Below are positions 50,536 to 63,113 of a stretch of DNA of 64,000 nucleotides, piece after piece (the first letter of the stretch is position 1; every line of letters begins with the position of its first letter). The stretch is from Mobula birostris (Eukaryota), in contig NC_092370.1 of assembly GCF_030028105.1 (NCBI RefSeq), forward strand, positions 113,784,793 to 113,848,792. The letters are read 5' to 3'. The notes below the pieces were generated by a model, which was not told the origin of the DNA, did not search any database, and worked only from the letters and a program-made list of their open reading frames with translations. The translations under genes and the position numbers were made by a program.

Positions 50536-51775
50536 TTCGTCCATCGTCGACGTCGATGAAGACCTCGACACCAGTATTATGGCGTTTAGACTAGCGCGTG
50601 GTTTGGATTTAAGTGAGGGAGAGTTGCACAGCGTCAGCCTCACTCTCTCTACCCAATTCCCATCTGGATCCAGTGGCAAGACAGAGTCGAGACGACTGGA
50701 GATGGGACTAGGTGCAGTAGATGACCAGGACATCTTCTGTGTCTTGTCGGTGACCCCTGTTTATATCCAGGGCGTCAGTGTGGACATGGTGGAGGATTAC
50801 AAATACCTGGGGATACAAATTGACAATAAACTGGACTGGTCAAAGAACACTGAGGCTGTCTACAAGAAGGGTCAGAGCCGTCTCTATTTCCTGAGGAGAC
50901 TGATGTCCTTTAATATCTGCCGGACGATGATGAGGATGCTCTACGAGTCTGTGGTGGCCAGTGCTATCATGTTTGCTGTTGTGTGCTGGGGCAGCAGGCT
51001 GAGGGTGGCAGACACCAACAGAATCAACAAACTCATTCGTAAGGCCAGTGATATTTGGGGGATGGAACTGGTCTCTCTCACTGTGGTGTCTGAAAAGACG
51101 ATACTGTCTAAGTTGCATGCCATCTTGGTACATAATGTACTGGGTGGGCACAGGAGTACATTCAGCCAGAGACTCATTCCACCGAGATGCAACACTGAGC
51201 ATCATAGGAAGTCATTCCTGCCTGTGGCCATCAAACTTTACAACTCCTCCCTTGGAGGGACAGACATCCTGAGCCAATAGGCTGCTCCTGGACTTATTTC
51301 ATAATTTACTGGCATAATTTACATATTACTATTTAACTATTTGTGGTTCTATTACTATTTATTATTTATGGAGCAACTGTAACGAAAACCAATTTCCCCC
51401 GGGATTAATAAAGTATGGCTATGACTATTTGACCTGCTCTACACGTTCTATGACGCTTGCAGAGACCGTCTTCTTGACCGTTGGACCTTTGGTCTTGTCC
51501 GCTCAATCCGCCGGAGTCTGTCTTCACATGCTGGGATAGACAACTCTCTTATCGCACTGAAGGTTTGAGACCCGTCGGCTACCCTCCCCTGGTTTAGCCG
51601 GCTTGTCGAAGCCGTCGCCCGGGATGTGGCCGCTGTCGCATGCAAACTGCTACGGGGAGGCACAGGTGAGATTTGAGTGCCAGGTGGGGATCAAAGGTGG
51701 ACTAACTGGCTTGAAAAGGACGGGACATGTTCCCCCACCAGAGGTGCTACCCCTTCCTGACACCCCATACACCCC
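50536..51775. mobile_element. Composite insertion with 12-bp TSD; core 50746-51429 is a Rex1/Babar RT 3' end
   Basis: TSD AAGGCTAATGCA at 50524-50535 and 51776-51787. Core encodes YKYLG...KKGQSRLYFLRRL...VCWG and ends AATAAAGTATGGCTATGACTAT. The outer arms were not identified. Confidence 0.75.
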
Positions 51776-52482
51776 AAGGCTAATGCACATAGAGCATGGA
51801 GCCATGTGTGGACTTATGATGTTGAAACCATTATTGAGACATGGTTACATAACGGGGAAGTCTGACAGCCCAATGTTCTGGCATTCTGCTGATTTAGACA
51901 TGTCAGAGAAGCAGGTATTAAAGGCGGAGGGAGTACTCATATTACTCATTAGAGATAATGTCACAGCAATGCTTAGATGATGTACGGAAGGCTCATCTGC
52001 CAAGGCAATTTTCATGAAATTGTGGAATAAAAAATGGATGATCATGTTAATGGGACTTTATAGAGTTTCTAATAGTCAGCAGGACTTGGAGGAACAAATT
52101 CATAGGGAGATAGCAGACAGTTGCAAGAAATATAAGGTTGTTACAGTAACACATACAAGATGCAAGAGTAACTCAGCAGGGGAGGCAGCAACTACAAAAG
52201 AATAAACAGTCAATGTTTTTGGCTGAGACCCTTCCTCAGGATTCATGAAGGGTCCTGATGAATGGTCTTGGCCTGAACAATTGACGCTTTGTTCCTTTTC
52301 TTAGAAAAACCTGACCTCATGAGTTCAGCCAGGATTTTTTATGTGTTACTCTGGATTTCCGGCTTCTGCAGAATCTCCAGTGTTCAAGTTGAGATAGTGG
52401 ATGATTTTAACTTTCTGCATATTGATTGGGACTCCCAAACTGTAAAAGAACTGGATAAGATAGAGTTTGTGAAATGTGTTCA

Positions 52483-53845
52483 TGTCATGGTCCGGTCCGT
52501 GAAGTCTGTATTACGGTTCACGGTCCGGTCCATCACCCCTTGCTCCAGGACTTCCTGTCTACCCTGTTTCTGTTCTTGTTGACCTCTAATTGAGCCAGCT
52601 GATGCTCATTGGGGCTGGCTGCATAAATACCTTCAGAGACCAGGGTGTAGCTGTTGGATTGTTCTTGTCCTTACTCCTTGCAACCCTTCCTGTGCCTTCT
52701 GTTTCCTCGCCTGAAGCCCTGCCTTGTATTACCGGTAACTCTCACCTCACCTGAAGTTCCCGTCTCGCCTTGCATTGCCTGAAGCCTTGCCTTGTCTTGC
52801 TGGTAACTCTCGCCTCGTCTCGCCTGCAGTCTTGTCCTGGAGCCATACTGTACCTAGCTCCCTTCCTGTCCCTTGCCTCTGCTGGGTAAGTCAGGCTGTC
52901 TTGCCATTACCCTGCTTCTGGTTCTGTCCGTTCCTATCCCTATCCTCCGTTGGGTAAGGAAGGCCGTATTGCCATTACCTACAGTTGGCTCTGTCACTTC
53001 CTGTCCCTTGCCTCCGTCAGGTAAGCCAGGCCGTCTTGCCATTACCTGCAGTTGGTTCTGTCCCTTCCTGTCCCTTGCCTCCATCGGGTGGTGATCCGCG
53101 TCCTGCCCAGGAGTACCGCACCCTGCCTAGGAGGAGCCTCTAGCCTCCAGTCTCCAGCCAAGCCTCTAGCCTCCAGCCTCCTGCCCAGCCTCACCTGAAG
53201 TCTCCAGCCTCCAGCCAAGCCTCGCCTCGTCTCCAGTCTCCAGCCAAGCCTCTAGCCTCCAGACTCCTGCCCAGCCTCGCCTGAAGTCTCCAGCCTCCAG
53301 CCAAGCCTCGCCTCATCTCCAGCCTCCAGCCTCCTGCCTCGCCTGAAGACTCCAGCCTCCTGCCAAGCCTTGCCTGTAGTCTCTAGCATCAAGCCTGAAG
53401 ACTTCAGCCTCCTGCCTCCTGCCAAGCCTCGCCTCTAGTCTCTAGCATCAAGCCTGAAGACTTCAGCCTCTTTCCTCCTGCCAAGCCTCGCCTCTAGTCT
53501 CTAGCCTCAAGCCTGAAGACTGCAGACTCCTTCCTCGTGCCAAGCCTCGCCTCTAGTCTCTAGCCTCAAGCCTGAAGACTCCAACCTCGTCCTGCCTGCA
53601 GTCCAAGCCTCGTCCTTGCCTAGTTCTGGGGTCCGAGCCAGAGGCAAGACCCAGGTACTGGGTTCTTGTCCAGTCTCTGGCTCGGAGTCCAAGCCCGGGC
53701 TCCTAGCTCTTTTGTCCAGTCGTGTTCCGGGTTCCCGGTTTTCGTATCCATGTCCTTACCCTCACCCTGTATCCTAGTCCTGTCCCTAGTACGTCAGTGT
53801 CTGTGCCTTACACTTGGGTCCGTTCCAAGCCACTTCCTTATGACA
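52483..53845 (+). mobile_element. Solo-LTR-like element, 1363 bp
   Basis: TGTCA...TGACA; TSD GTTCA (52478-52482, 53846-53850); empty site aaatgtgttcagga in paralogues. Confidence 0.85.
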
Positions 53846-55789
53846 GTTCAGGGAAACTTCATTATCAATATGCAGAATTCCCACTAAAGAGAACACAATA
53901 TTGGACCTCTTCTTCGGAAATGAGACGGGGCAGGTGACAGAGGTGAATATAGGGAAACACTTTGGATATAGTGATCATAATTCCATTGACTTCAAAATAA
54001 TTAGGGAGATTGGATCGGATTGGTTTTCAGATTAAGATTCTAAACTGTAGGAAGAGCAATTTTAATGGCAGCAGAAGCAATCTGCCAGCTGTGGATTGGG
54101 ATAGGATGTTTTCTAACAAAGAGACACTGGCAGGTGGTTGTTCTTCAACAGAATTGAATATAGGGAGTACACAATATGTATATTTCTATTAGGATAAAAA
54201 GCAAGGTTGGCAGGTTGAGGGAACCTTATTTATTATGGGATATTGAGGACCTGGTAAACAAAACGGAAGCACATTTCAGGTATTGGCAGCTAGTGTTAAA
54301 TGGGGCAATTGAGGAGTATAAGACATACAAGAGAACACAAGCGAATGATCAGAAAGGCTGAAAAGGGATAAGTGGTTGCTCTAGCAGACAAGGTAAACCA
54401 GATTCCAAGGGTTCTATAGATACTGAGAGCAAGAGGATAGCAAGGGACAAAATTGGTCCCCTTGAAGATCAAGTTGGTCATATATGCATGGAGCTAAAAG
54501 AGATGCAGAAAAATATTAAATGGTTTATATTTGTGTTTGCATTTACTCAGGAGATAGACACAGATAACATAGAATCTTGGAAAACACGAGAGGTTATGGA
54601 CATGTTCTGATTACAGAAGAGGAAGTGCTTGATGTCTTGAGATGAATTTAGGGTGAATAAATCCCAAAGTCCTGACGAGGTGTCCTCTCCAAACTTGTGG
54701 GAGGCTAGTGCAGAAATTACAGGGGCCCTGGCCAGTAATACTTAAAACATCCTTACCCATGGATGAGGTACTGGAGGATTGGAGGGTCGCTAACATTTAA
54801 GAATGGTTCTCAGAATAATCAGGAAATTAGAGCCTGGTGAACCTGACATTAGTCGTCGGTAAATCTTCGGAAGGTTTTTTCATGGATAGGATGTACATGT
54901 ACCAGTGTTTGTATAGACAGGGCCTGAAAAGAGATAAGCAATATGGCTTAATGCATGGTAAGTCATGTCCAACTAATTTATAGAGATTTTTTTTAAGGCG
55001 GTTATGAAGAAGTTTGTTGAAGGGAACACAATGGTCTTTAGAAAAGCCTTTGATAAATTATGACTTGGCAGAATCGTCAAGAAAATTAAGTCACCTGGCA
55101 ATCAGGATGAAGTAGTCGGTTGGGTTGAATGTTGGCTTACCGGAAGCAGCCAGAGAATGGTGGTTAGTGTTTGACACTCTGCCTGGAGGCCTGTGACTAG
55201 TGCTGTGCTGCAGGAATCGGTGCTTGATCCATTGTTGTTGGTCACTTGTATTAATGATTTAGATGACAATATGTTAAACTCGATCAGCAAATTTGCAGAT
55301 GATACCAAGATTGAGGGTACAGTGAACATTATGCTGTATATATTTGCATCCAAATCATTTACAGAATAATTAAATACAATGGTCCCAACACTGACCCCTT
55401 GATAAACTAAAATTTAATAAGAAATAATAAATGCAGAGCCAATACGGCTACAAACTAAAATTCAAACTAAAAATCTAACGCTGACACTGAGCTTCAGAAG
55501 CACTAACTTAATAGTAAGTTAGTACCAGTCCTTTAAGACATCAATCTAAATTGGAATCTTCAATCTTGGAGAGTGGGCTATGGTAATCAGGGGAGTGTCG
55601 CCGTCATTGTGCTTCAGTCAGGACTCGACAAGACTGAAGGAAGTTAAATAAAACTGTAATGCATCCCTAATTGACTGTAATGTTCTCACCAGCGTGATTG
55701 CTGATGATCGCTTTCAGCTGCCCACTCCACGGCAGAGTCCATGGTTTCCACAGATCACCGCCGTCACCACCCCCGCAACCCCACCTCGC

Positions 55790-58480
55790 TAAGAGGCACA
55801 GCTCCAGAAGCACTAGAGACCTGTGCCCGCTGGAGGTCCTGGATGAGTGACTTGTCCAGGATGTCACGAATTGGAACCCAAGAAAGATTTTCTGGGCCCT
55901 ATCTCTCCCAGTCCACCACGTACTGGACCCTGCCCCACACTGGGCGAGACGCCAGGAGGTGCTGCACGGAATAGACCAGTGACCCATCCACCAAGATGAG
56001 AGGAGGGAGAGGGTCAAACTGGAGCAAGGTGGGAGGAAGTCATCAGTGTGAGCTGCAAACATGGAATACTAGGTAAATCTTAACAGATAATTGCAGGCAC
56101 AGTCTCCCTGAAGATCGATTGATAGCCTTCCCCACTGTGAATAGTCCCAGCCAGCGTGGGGCAACCTTGCAGCTCCCAACATTCAAAGGAAGATCTCTAG
56201 ATATCAGCCAAGCCTTCTCCCTGGATTGAGAAGCTGCACCTCTAGGAGGAGCTGAGCACCCTGCTGGGCATATTGTTTCTGAGTCTGCAGCAGGGAAGCC
56301 CTGGCCCATCTCCATGTGTGCTTGCAGCTTTGTACCAACTGTTCAACAGCAGGAACTCCCGTGTCAATCACGGTCTGGGAAGATCAGTGCTGGAATCCAT
56401 TTTGCCATTGAATGGAGGGCATGCTAGTCCAGCTTATTATGGGCAATCTCTGAGTTGGGAGCTCCACGTCATGGAGTCAAGATTGTCTCCAGCTCCTCAT
56501 TCACTCTCTCAGTATGGCCATTAGATTGCAGGTAGAAAAGTGATGAGAGGGTGGCTGTGGCTCCCAAAGGAGAACAGAAAGCATTCCAGCAATGGGACAG
56601 GAAATGTGCTCCTCAATCAGGCCTGCTGTCCCGGGGGAAGCTGTGCAGCCCGAACGCAAACTTTACCAAGAAAGTGGCAGTTTCATGAGCCGATGGGAGC
56701 TTGGGGAGAGCAATGAAGTGGGCTGCTTTAGAGAGCTGGTCCACAACCACTAGGATGATAGTGTTTCCATCTGATGGACACAGACCAGTGATGAAATCCA
56801 CCGAGAGGTTGGACCTGGGGCAGAGAGGCACAGGCTGTGGATAGAGGAAACCAGCAAGGAGCTGATGTGATGTCATAATCCGGTCCGTTAAGTCCACATT
56901 CCGGGTCATGGTCCGGTCCAGGGACTAAGGACTCCGGGTCTTCCGGCTGTCCCTTGTTTCGGTTTGGTTAATCATAGGCTTCTGATTCCCATCCTGACGC
57001 TTAGAATATGTATAGCCTTGGGGACGACTGTGGGCTGTTGATTTGTCTTGTCAGGATCTCTTGGGAGCAACCTGCCGGTGGAAGGCTGGAGCGGTCACTT
57101 TTCATCTTTAGGCCGCGTTGGGGAACCATCCCCTCATGGAGCCTTGCTGTCAGTAGTCGGAGATATCTTTGCGGTATGGATTCTGCTGTTTCCCGGACCA
57201 GTTGAGTGGCCGTCAGCCACTCCAAGCTAGGGAGGGATCCAGCTGTTTCCGTAGCCAGCCGAGATCGCTGACCTTAACTGCGACTCGGAGCAACCCCGAA
57301 GCAGAGATAGAACTGTCTGTCGTTCTTCGATGTGTGTGTCTCTTCCTGTCCTCGCCTCCGTGTGGTTAGTCAGGCGGTTTGGCCGTTGTCCTGCGGGAGG
57401 ATCTGTCTTGTCTTGTCCTTGCTTCTGTGGGGTAACTCAGGCCATTCTGCCGTTGCCCTGCGGGGGGATCCGTCTTGTTTTGTCTTTGTCTCTGTTGGGT
57501 AAGTCAGGCCGTTCTGCCGTTACCCGATGGAGGGACCTTTCCCACCTTGGTGTGGAGATGAAATTGAGTCCCGGCTTGTCTAATTATGTTCCGGCTGTAT
57601 GCCTATGTTCTGCCCAGTCTCATGTTGGTGTCTTGTTAAAGATGAGTCCCAGGGGCTTGTCTAAGGATAAGTCCGGCTCTATGTCTATGTACTGTCTAGT
57701 CTCATGTTAGTGACGTGTTAAAGATGAGTCCCGGTCTATATTGATGTACAGTTCCCAGTCTGTCTCCGAGCTCCAGCCTCCGAGTTATCAGCCACCGCAT
57801 TCCAAGACCCAGCACCCAGCCTGCAGCCTCAAGACCCAAGACCCCAGCCTGCAACCTCAAGACCCAAGACCCCAGCCTGCAGCCTCAAGACCCCAGCCTG
57901 TCTCCAAGCTCAAGATTCAAGACCCCAGCCTGTCTCCAACCTCAAGTCTCAAGACTCCAGCCTGCTTCCAAGCTCAAGCCTCAAGACCCCACCCTCCTGT
58001 CTTGTAGTCATATCATGTCCTTGTCTGGTTCTGGGGCCCGAACCCGAGGCAAGACCCAAGTTTTGGGTCCTTGTCCAGTCTCTGGCTCGGATCCCAAGAC
58101 AGACTTCTAGTTCATAGTTCCTTGTCCGGTTTCCCTGTTTCCTGTCCATGTCCTATCCCAGGTCCTGCATCCTAGTCCTGTCCCTAGTACTTCAGTGTCT
58201 GTGTCTTGCATTTGGGTCCGTTCCCAACGTCCCCTGTTTTGACATGTGACGTCTTGTTCTGGGCACAAATGGGACAGGCAGAGATAAAGTCGTGGACATC
58301 TTGGGACATAGACTGCCATGTAAATAATCTCTTTATGAATTCTGGGGTCTGTTGAATCCCTGGATGGTCAGCCAGATGGGCAGAGTGACCCCAGGCCAAC
58401 ATTTCAGAACACACAGATGCAGGCACAAACAGCTGGTTAGGAACTTCTCCATCTGGGCCTGGATCTGACTGTTCTGCAGT
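55790..58480 (-). mobile_element. Gypsy (chromodomain-type, Sushi-like) integrase remnant, split by the LTR-like insertion
   Basis: HPGIQQT..FTWQSMSQDVHDFISACPICAQNKTSH (HHCC zinc-finger region), SKAAHFIALPKLPSA.ETA (core), and a chromodomain-like WE..GPE..SWVP.RDILDKSLI region. Confidence 0.8.
56871..58244 (+). mobile_element. Solo-LTR-like element, 1374 bp, inserted in a Gypsy integrase remnant
   Basis: TGTCA...TGACA; TSD TGTGA (56866-56870, 58245-58249). The same right end and TSD occur at 22050-22055; empty site at about 32093. Confidence 0.85.
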
Positions 58481-61268
58481 CCTCACCTGTTTCTATTCCC
58501 CAAATCACTGGAACAGCTATGCTTGTGCGAGGAAAAATGTGATCTAGATTGGCGTTGACCTCAGAGACATCAAACTGACAGGAGAGAGCATCGGCCTTAG
58601 TATCATCTGCCTAATCTCCCTCACAGTCTCGCTACACGCTGCATCGACTGCCCCATCCTCAGCCCCATCACTCCTGCTTCCAGTCCCCTGCTAACTTAGT
58701 TTAAACCTTCTCCAACAGCTCTAGCAAACCTACTCACAAAGATATTGATCCCCCTTGGGTTCAAGTTTATCCGATCTTTTTTGTACAAGGCATAACTTCC
58801 CTAGATGAGATCCCAATGATCCAATGATCTGAAACCCTGCCCGCTACACTAGATCCTCAGCCATTCATCCGTCCTACTTCTGTCCTAACTAGCACGCGGA
58901 ACTGGGAGTAATCCAGGGATTACACATGCTCTGTGGCCTCTTCCAGCGGGGATTTTACTGTGCAAAATCTCCTCCCTGTTTTTACCTATGTCATTGGTGT
59001 CTATGTACTCCTCCGCCTTTGGCTGGTTACCCTACCTCTTCTGCAGGCGCTCTGAGACCTCCTTAAACCTTGCACCTGGGAGGCAGCACACCATTCTGCG
59101 TCTTTATCACGGCCACCAAATCTCTTGTCCAATCCCTAATTACTGAGTCTGCTATCACTATCACTCTACCTGATTGTACCCTTCCCTGCTGAGCCACAGA
59201 GCCGGCCATACTGCCACTGGCCTGGGTGCTGCTGCTGTGCACTGATAGGACATTCTTCCTCCACCCCCCCCCACTGTAGTATCCAAAGGAATATTTGATG
59301 CTGAGGGGAATAAATAGTGGAAATTATGATGTCATCCTATCCCATTTAATCGTAGCTTTCTTTCAATTGATGGCAGTTTGCAAGGTGTGTATGTTCAGGG
59401 GGCCCAGGGTGCCTTTGCACATTATTCACTGAAAGCCAAAATCCGTATGAGGGATAGGTCAAGCTATGAGGGGGGCAAATCAAGGAACTGGATATAATCT
59501 CCAGAGAAAAGGACAACGATAAGTTGGTTGAGGGAGTGATATGAGTGGTTATTTCTATATGGAATTCCTTCAAAAGGTCTGGGCCATTTTCAAGGACACA
59601 TCTATGGATCTGAATAAATACACCTACACCATGTAGGTTCAATGGGCACCTACATCATGGACATTAGAAAAACAGTTGTAGACGAGTGTCTCCCCACAAA
59701 CTCATTCAGAGTCTTCACCCGTCAGAAACCTTGTATGAACCATGAAAACAGCAATTTGCTGAGGGTCAGATTAGAGGCATTCAAGTCTGGTGACCAATAA
59801 AGCTACAAGAGGTCCTGGTACATTCTCTGGAAAGCCTCCTTATGGGCAAAGCCTCCTTATTTCCCAGACGAAACCTGAATCAACAAAGGATAGTCAATAG
59901 TTGTGGCAGGGCTTGAATGCTGTCACTTCTTATGAAGTAAAATCAAGTGACAAAGGTGACAACAGGGCTCACTTACAGATGAACGCAATGCAGTCTGTGC
60001 TTGCTTCGACCGTCAAAACATGGAGGAACCAAAACAAACACTCACAGTGCAGACGATCGAGTGATTTTAGTCTCTGAGGCTGATGTACGGGCAGCCTTCT
60101 GGACGATGAACCCATGAAGATCATCCAGCCCAGACATGATACCTGGCCAAAGACCAGTACTATTCAACTGGCTGGACTGTTCACTGATCTTTAACCTGTC
60201 TCTTTGGCTGATGTACTCATCTGCTTCAATCAGACTTCTCTGATTCTGGTGCCTCAGTAGAACATGGTAACCTGCCCCAATGACTAAAGTCCAGTGTCAC
60301 TTACATCCACAGTGAGGAAATGTTTTAAGAAGTGATGTTTTAAGGAAAGCAACATCCGTCATCAGAAACACCACCCACCCCACCCCTCTCCACATTGCAG
60401 ATCATGCTCCCCTCTCACTGCTCCCATCAGGAAGTACGTACAGGAGCCTCAGAACTACACCACCAGGTTCAGCAACAGGTATTACCCCTCCACAATCAGG
60501 CTCTTGAACCAAAGGGTATAACTTCACTTGACCCATCACTGAAATGTTCCCACAACATATGGGCTCACTGTCAAGGATATTCACTTCATTTTCTCAGTAT
60601 ATATTGCTTGATTATTTGTGTGTGATTGAACTATAGAGGACGCAGAGAGGATTCACAAGTATGTTTCTGGGATTGGAGGATTTGAGATACGGAGATCGGA
60701 TATGTTGGGACTGTTTCCCACGGAATAAAGGAGTCTGACTGGCGATCCTGCAGAGATTTAAAACAATTCTAAGGGCCATTGAGCTGTACAGCACAGAATC
60801 AGGCCCTTCAGCGTAACTCGTCCTTACCGAACACGTTACCCACGTAAACCAGTCCCTTTTACCTGCATTTAACCGGTGTTTCTCTGAACCTTTCTTATCC
60901 ATGTGGATGCCCAAATGACTTTTAAATCTCTCGATGGTTCCTGCCTCTAACTCTTCCTCTGGCAGCTTGTTGACTGTACCCACCGCACTTTCCCTGAAGA
61001 ACCTACCACACAGATATCTTATAGATGTTTCCCGCTCACTTTAAATCTATCGTCTCTAGTTTGGGCTCTCGTACCCTGCGGAAATATTCTCCCCATTCAC
61101 TGTTCTCGAGCGACGGGTGTAAATGAATAGACTGTCGATGAGGCTGATCAGGTAACTTTCGTGGAATTGGATAGAGTTCTTCATCCAAAGAAAGGTGATG
61201 GCATTTATGGCATAAGCTGCGAATTCGCTGAGTCGGAAATGATTCGAGTGACCCCTACGCTGAGGAAG

Positions 61269-61307
61269 AGTTTTTGTCAGCGGCGCCGGTTGTACTTTAA
61301 CTCTGTG
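61269..61307 (-). promoter_or_regulatory. 23-RSS of V5
   Basis: CACAGAG (61307-61301), 23-nt spacer, ACAAAAACT (61277-61269). Confidence 0.95.
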
Positions 61308-61731
61308 GGTCTATATAGGCACAGTAATAGGTGCCGGAATCCTCTTTCTCGGGACGGGCCACAGTTAGACGATTCTGCTTTGGTCCATCTTTTGTCGCTT
61401 TAGATCTGTCATCAATTCCATCCTCGCGTACGTTGCCTTCATTATTGAAATAGAGGATCAGGACCGGGCGTTGCCCATCTGGCTGCCGGTACCAATAGAT
61501 ATTCTCCGTGTTCGCTTTGCCCAGACCGCAGATCATGATGGCAGTTTTGCCCACATTTCTGGTGATGGACATCGGAGACTGTATCAATTGATCACCGAGA
61601 CATCTGCCTGTGGAAACAGAAATCAAAGTCATAACATGTTTACAAGTCTGAAACAAACACAGAGTAAACGGATGAAAATCTATCAACTAACGGAGGAAAA
61701 GTATCACAAAAGCCACGCAACCCAGCCGCAT
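61308..61731 (-). CDS. TRGV: Open TRGV gene (V5): leader 61731-61692, intron 61691-61608, V exon 61607-61308
   Basis: Product ...DQLIQSP...ICGLGKANTENIYWYRQ...YYCAYID. Both Cys and the core Trp are retained; some atypical framework residues. Confidence 0.82.
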
Positions 61732-63113
61732 GGTGTTTGTCGAGTTGTGACTGTATTTGACACAGATTTAGACGTGGCCTGGCTAGTTATAAATAACAGC
61801 ACGCTTCACGTCCCACTTTCTCTCAACGTGTCACAGACCACGCCTTCCAACCCCATTTGAACACAACACTATTATTTCCTCTGCATAAAATGAGTTTTTG
61901 TTTGAATTGCACAGCAGTTCATTAGACGATATTTTTCGGGGTTCGAACTTGCTCCGCTTAACATGAAGAAATCCATCACGATACCAGGCCTTTCGGGGCC
62001 AACAAGCCCGGGCGATCCAATTCCATCAATGTGATCAATTAACCTAGTAACCCGCAAACAGGAGAAGTTTTGCAGATGCTGAAGGATTTCCCCTTCCTTT
62101 CTAGTCCTGAAAAAGGGTTTCGGCCCGAAACGTCGACTATTTACTGTTTTCCCTAAATGCTGCTTGGCCTGCTGAGTTCCTCCAGCATTTTGTGCCCGTT
62201 GCTCTGGGCGCCTACTAATCCTTACGTCTTTTGAACGTGGGAGGAAACCGAAGCAGCCGGAGGAAACCCACGCGGTCACAGGAAGAACGTATAAGTTCCT
62301 CTCAGGACAACGACGGAATTTAACCTGGGTCGCTGGCTCTATAATAGCGTTAAACTAACCGATCCGGACCGTTCGTCTTTTCAGTTATACGTCAACATAT
62401 TTAAAATATTTATCCTCCCTTTATCGCTGTTTTGTGATGTTCCCGAAATTTCCCGCCAAACACCACAGTTGGAGCAAGTGGTTTCAGAGAGGCGGACGGG
62501 GGAGGTGGGTTGAGGTGTTGCCCGGCGACTTCAGACGTCAGGAGTAGATGGAGATAATTCTCACAGACACCCCCGGTTTCTCCATCTTGGCCTTCACCTT
62601 CTCTAATCTTTTGTCTACGGAGTCTGTGACACAGCAAGGAGAGCGATATCCTCCCCACACGCGCTCTTAAAGTACCGACCCTGGACCTGTCTCGCATCCG
62701 CCCCCGTCGCCGCGACCGTATTCCGTGTACGTTCCGTTGGGTGGGATGTTTGATGAACCGAATGCCATCTGCACCATGTCTGTGAATCTGTTCATCTTTC
62801 CCTATTAACGTGGTTTTAATTATTCCAACTGGGCAGAACCTGTCAGTAAATATTAACTCACATTGGCTTCCGCTGTGAAATTTGAAAGGACGATATCTAA
62901 TTTTTTCATTTAGCGATACAGCACGAAGTAGGTCCAATCACCCCCGAGAAATCTATTACCCCTAACCAAATCACGGAACAATTCACAACCCGGAGCTGTA
63001 ATAGCGTCGCACCAATCGCTACGTTACCGCGGTGCCTGGACAGTGTACGTCCTTTATCGAGGGACCCTCTTTCCTGTCGCTGTAAACGTCCAAGTGCCAT
63101 AACCAACCAAGTC

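Larger units (their letters stand above)
42656..58244. repeat. Segmental duplication unit Y2 (psiV-bearing; paralogous to Y1 11936-22050)
   Basis: Y1 and Y2 share the same Gypsy-to-V-flank junction (about 11935/42655), the 224-bp V deletion, a CR1 3' insertion (about 21590/45797) and the right end of an LTR insertion (22050/58244). Confidence 0.85.

Noticed and set aside
50531-51280. 249-aa ORF as a novel gene
   Set aside because: Chance in-frame read-through from a non-coding arm into a Rex1 RT C-terminal fragment.
2923-61686. V-to-V spacings of 32187 and 26187 bp differ by exactly 6000
   Set aside because: The intervals differ by many unrelated indels (6.5-kb L1, 10-kb X2 unit, 12-kb deletion, LTRs), so the round number is treated as coincidence.
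2934-61731. NAR-TCR, IgNAR or cluster-type Ig light chain interpretation
   Set aside because: Every V has its own leader exon (NAR-TCR supporting V segments lack one), and I saw no D, J or C between V genes as a cluster organisation would need. The manual scan for J (12-RSS plus FGxG) was not exhaustive.
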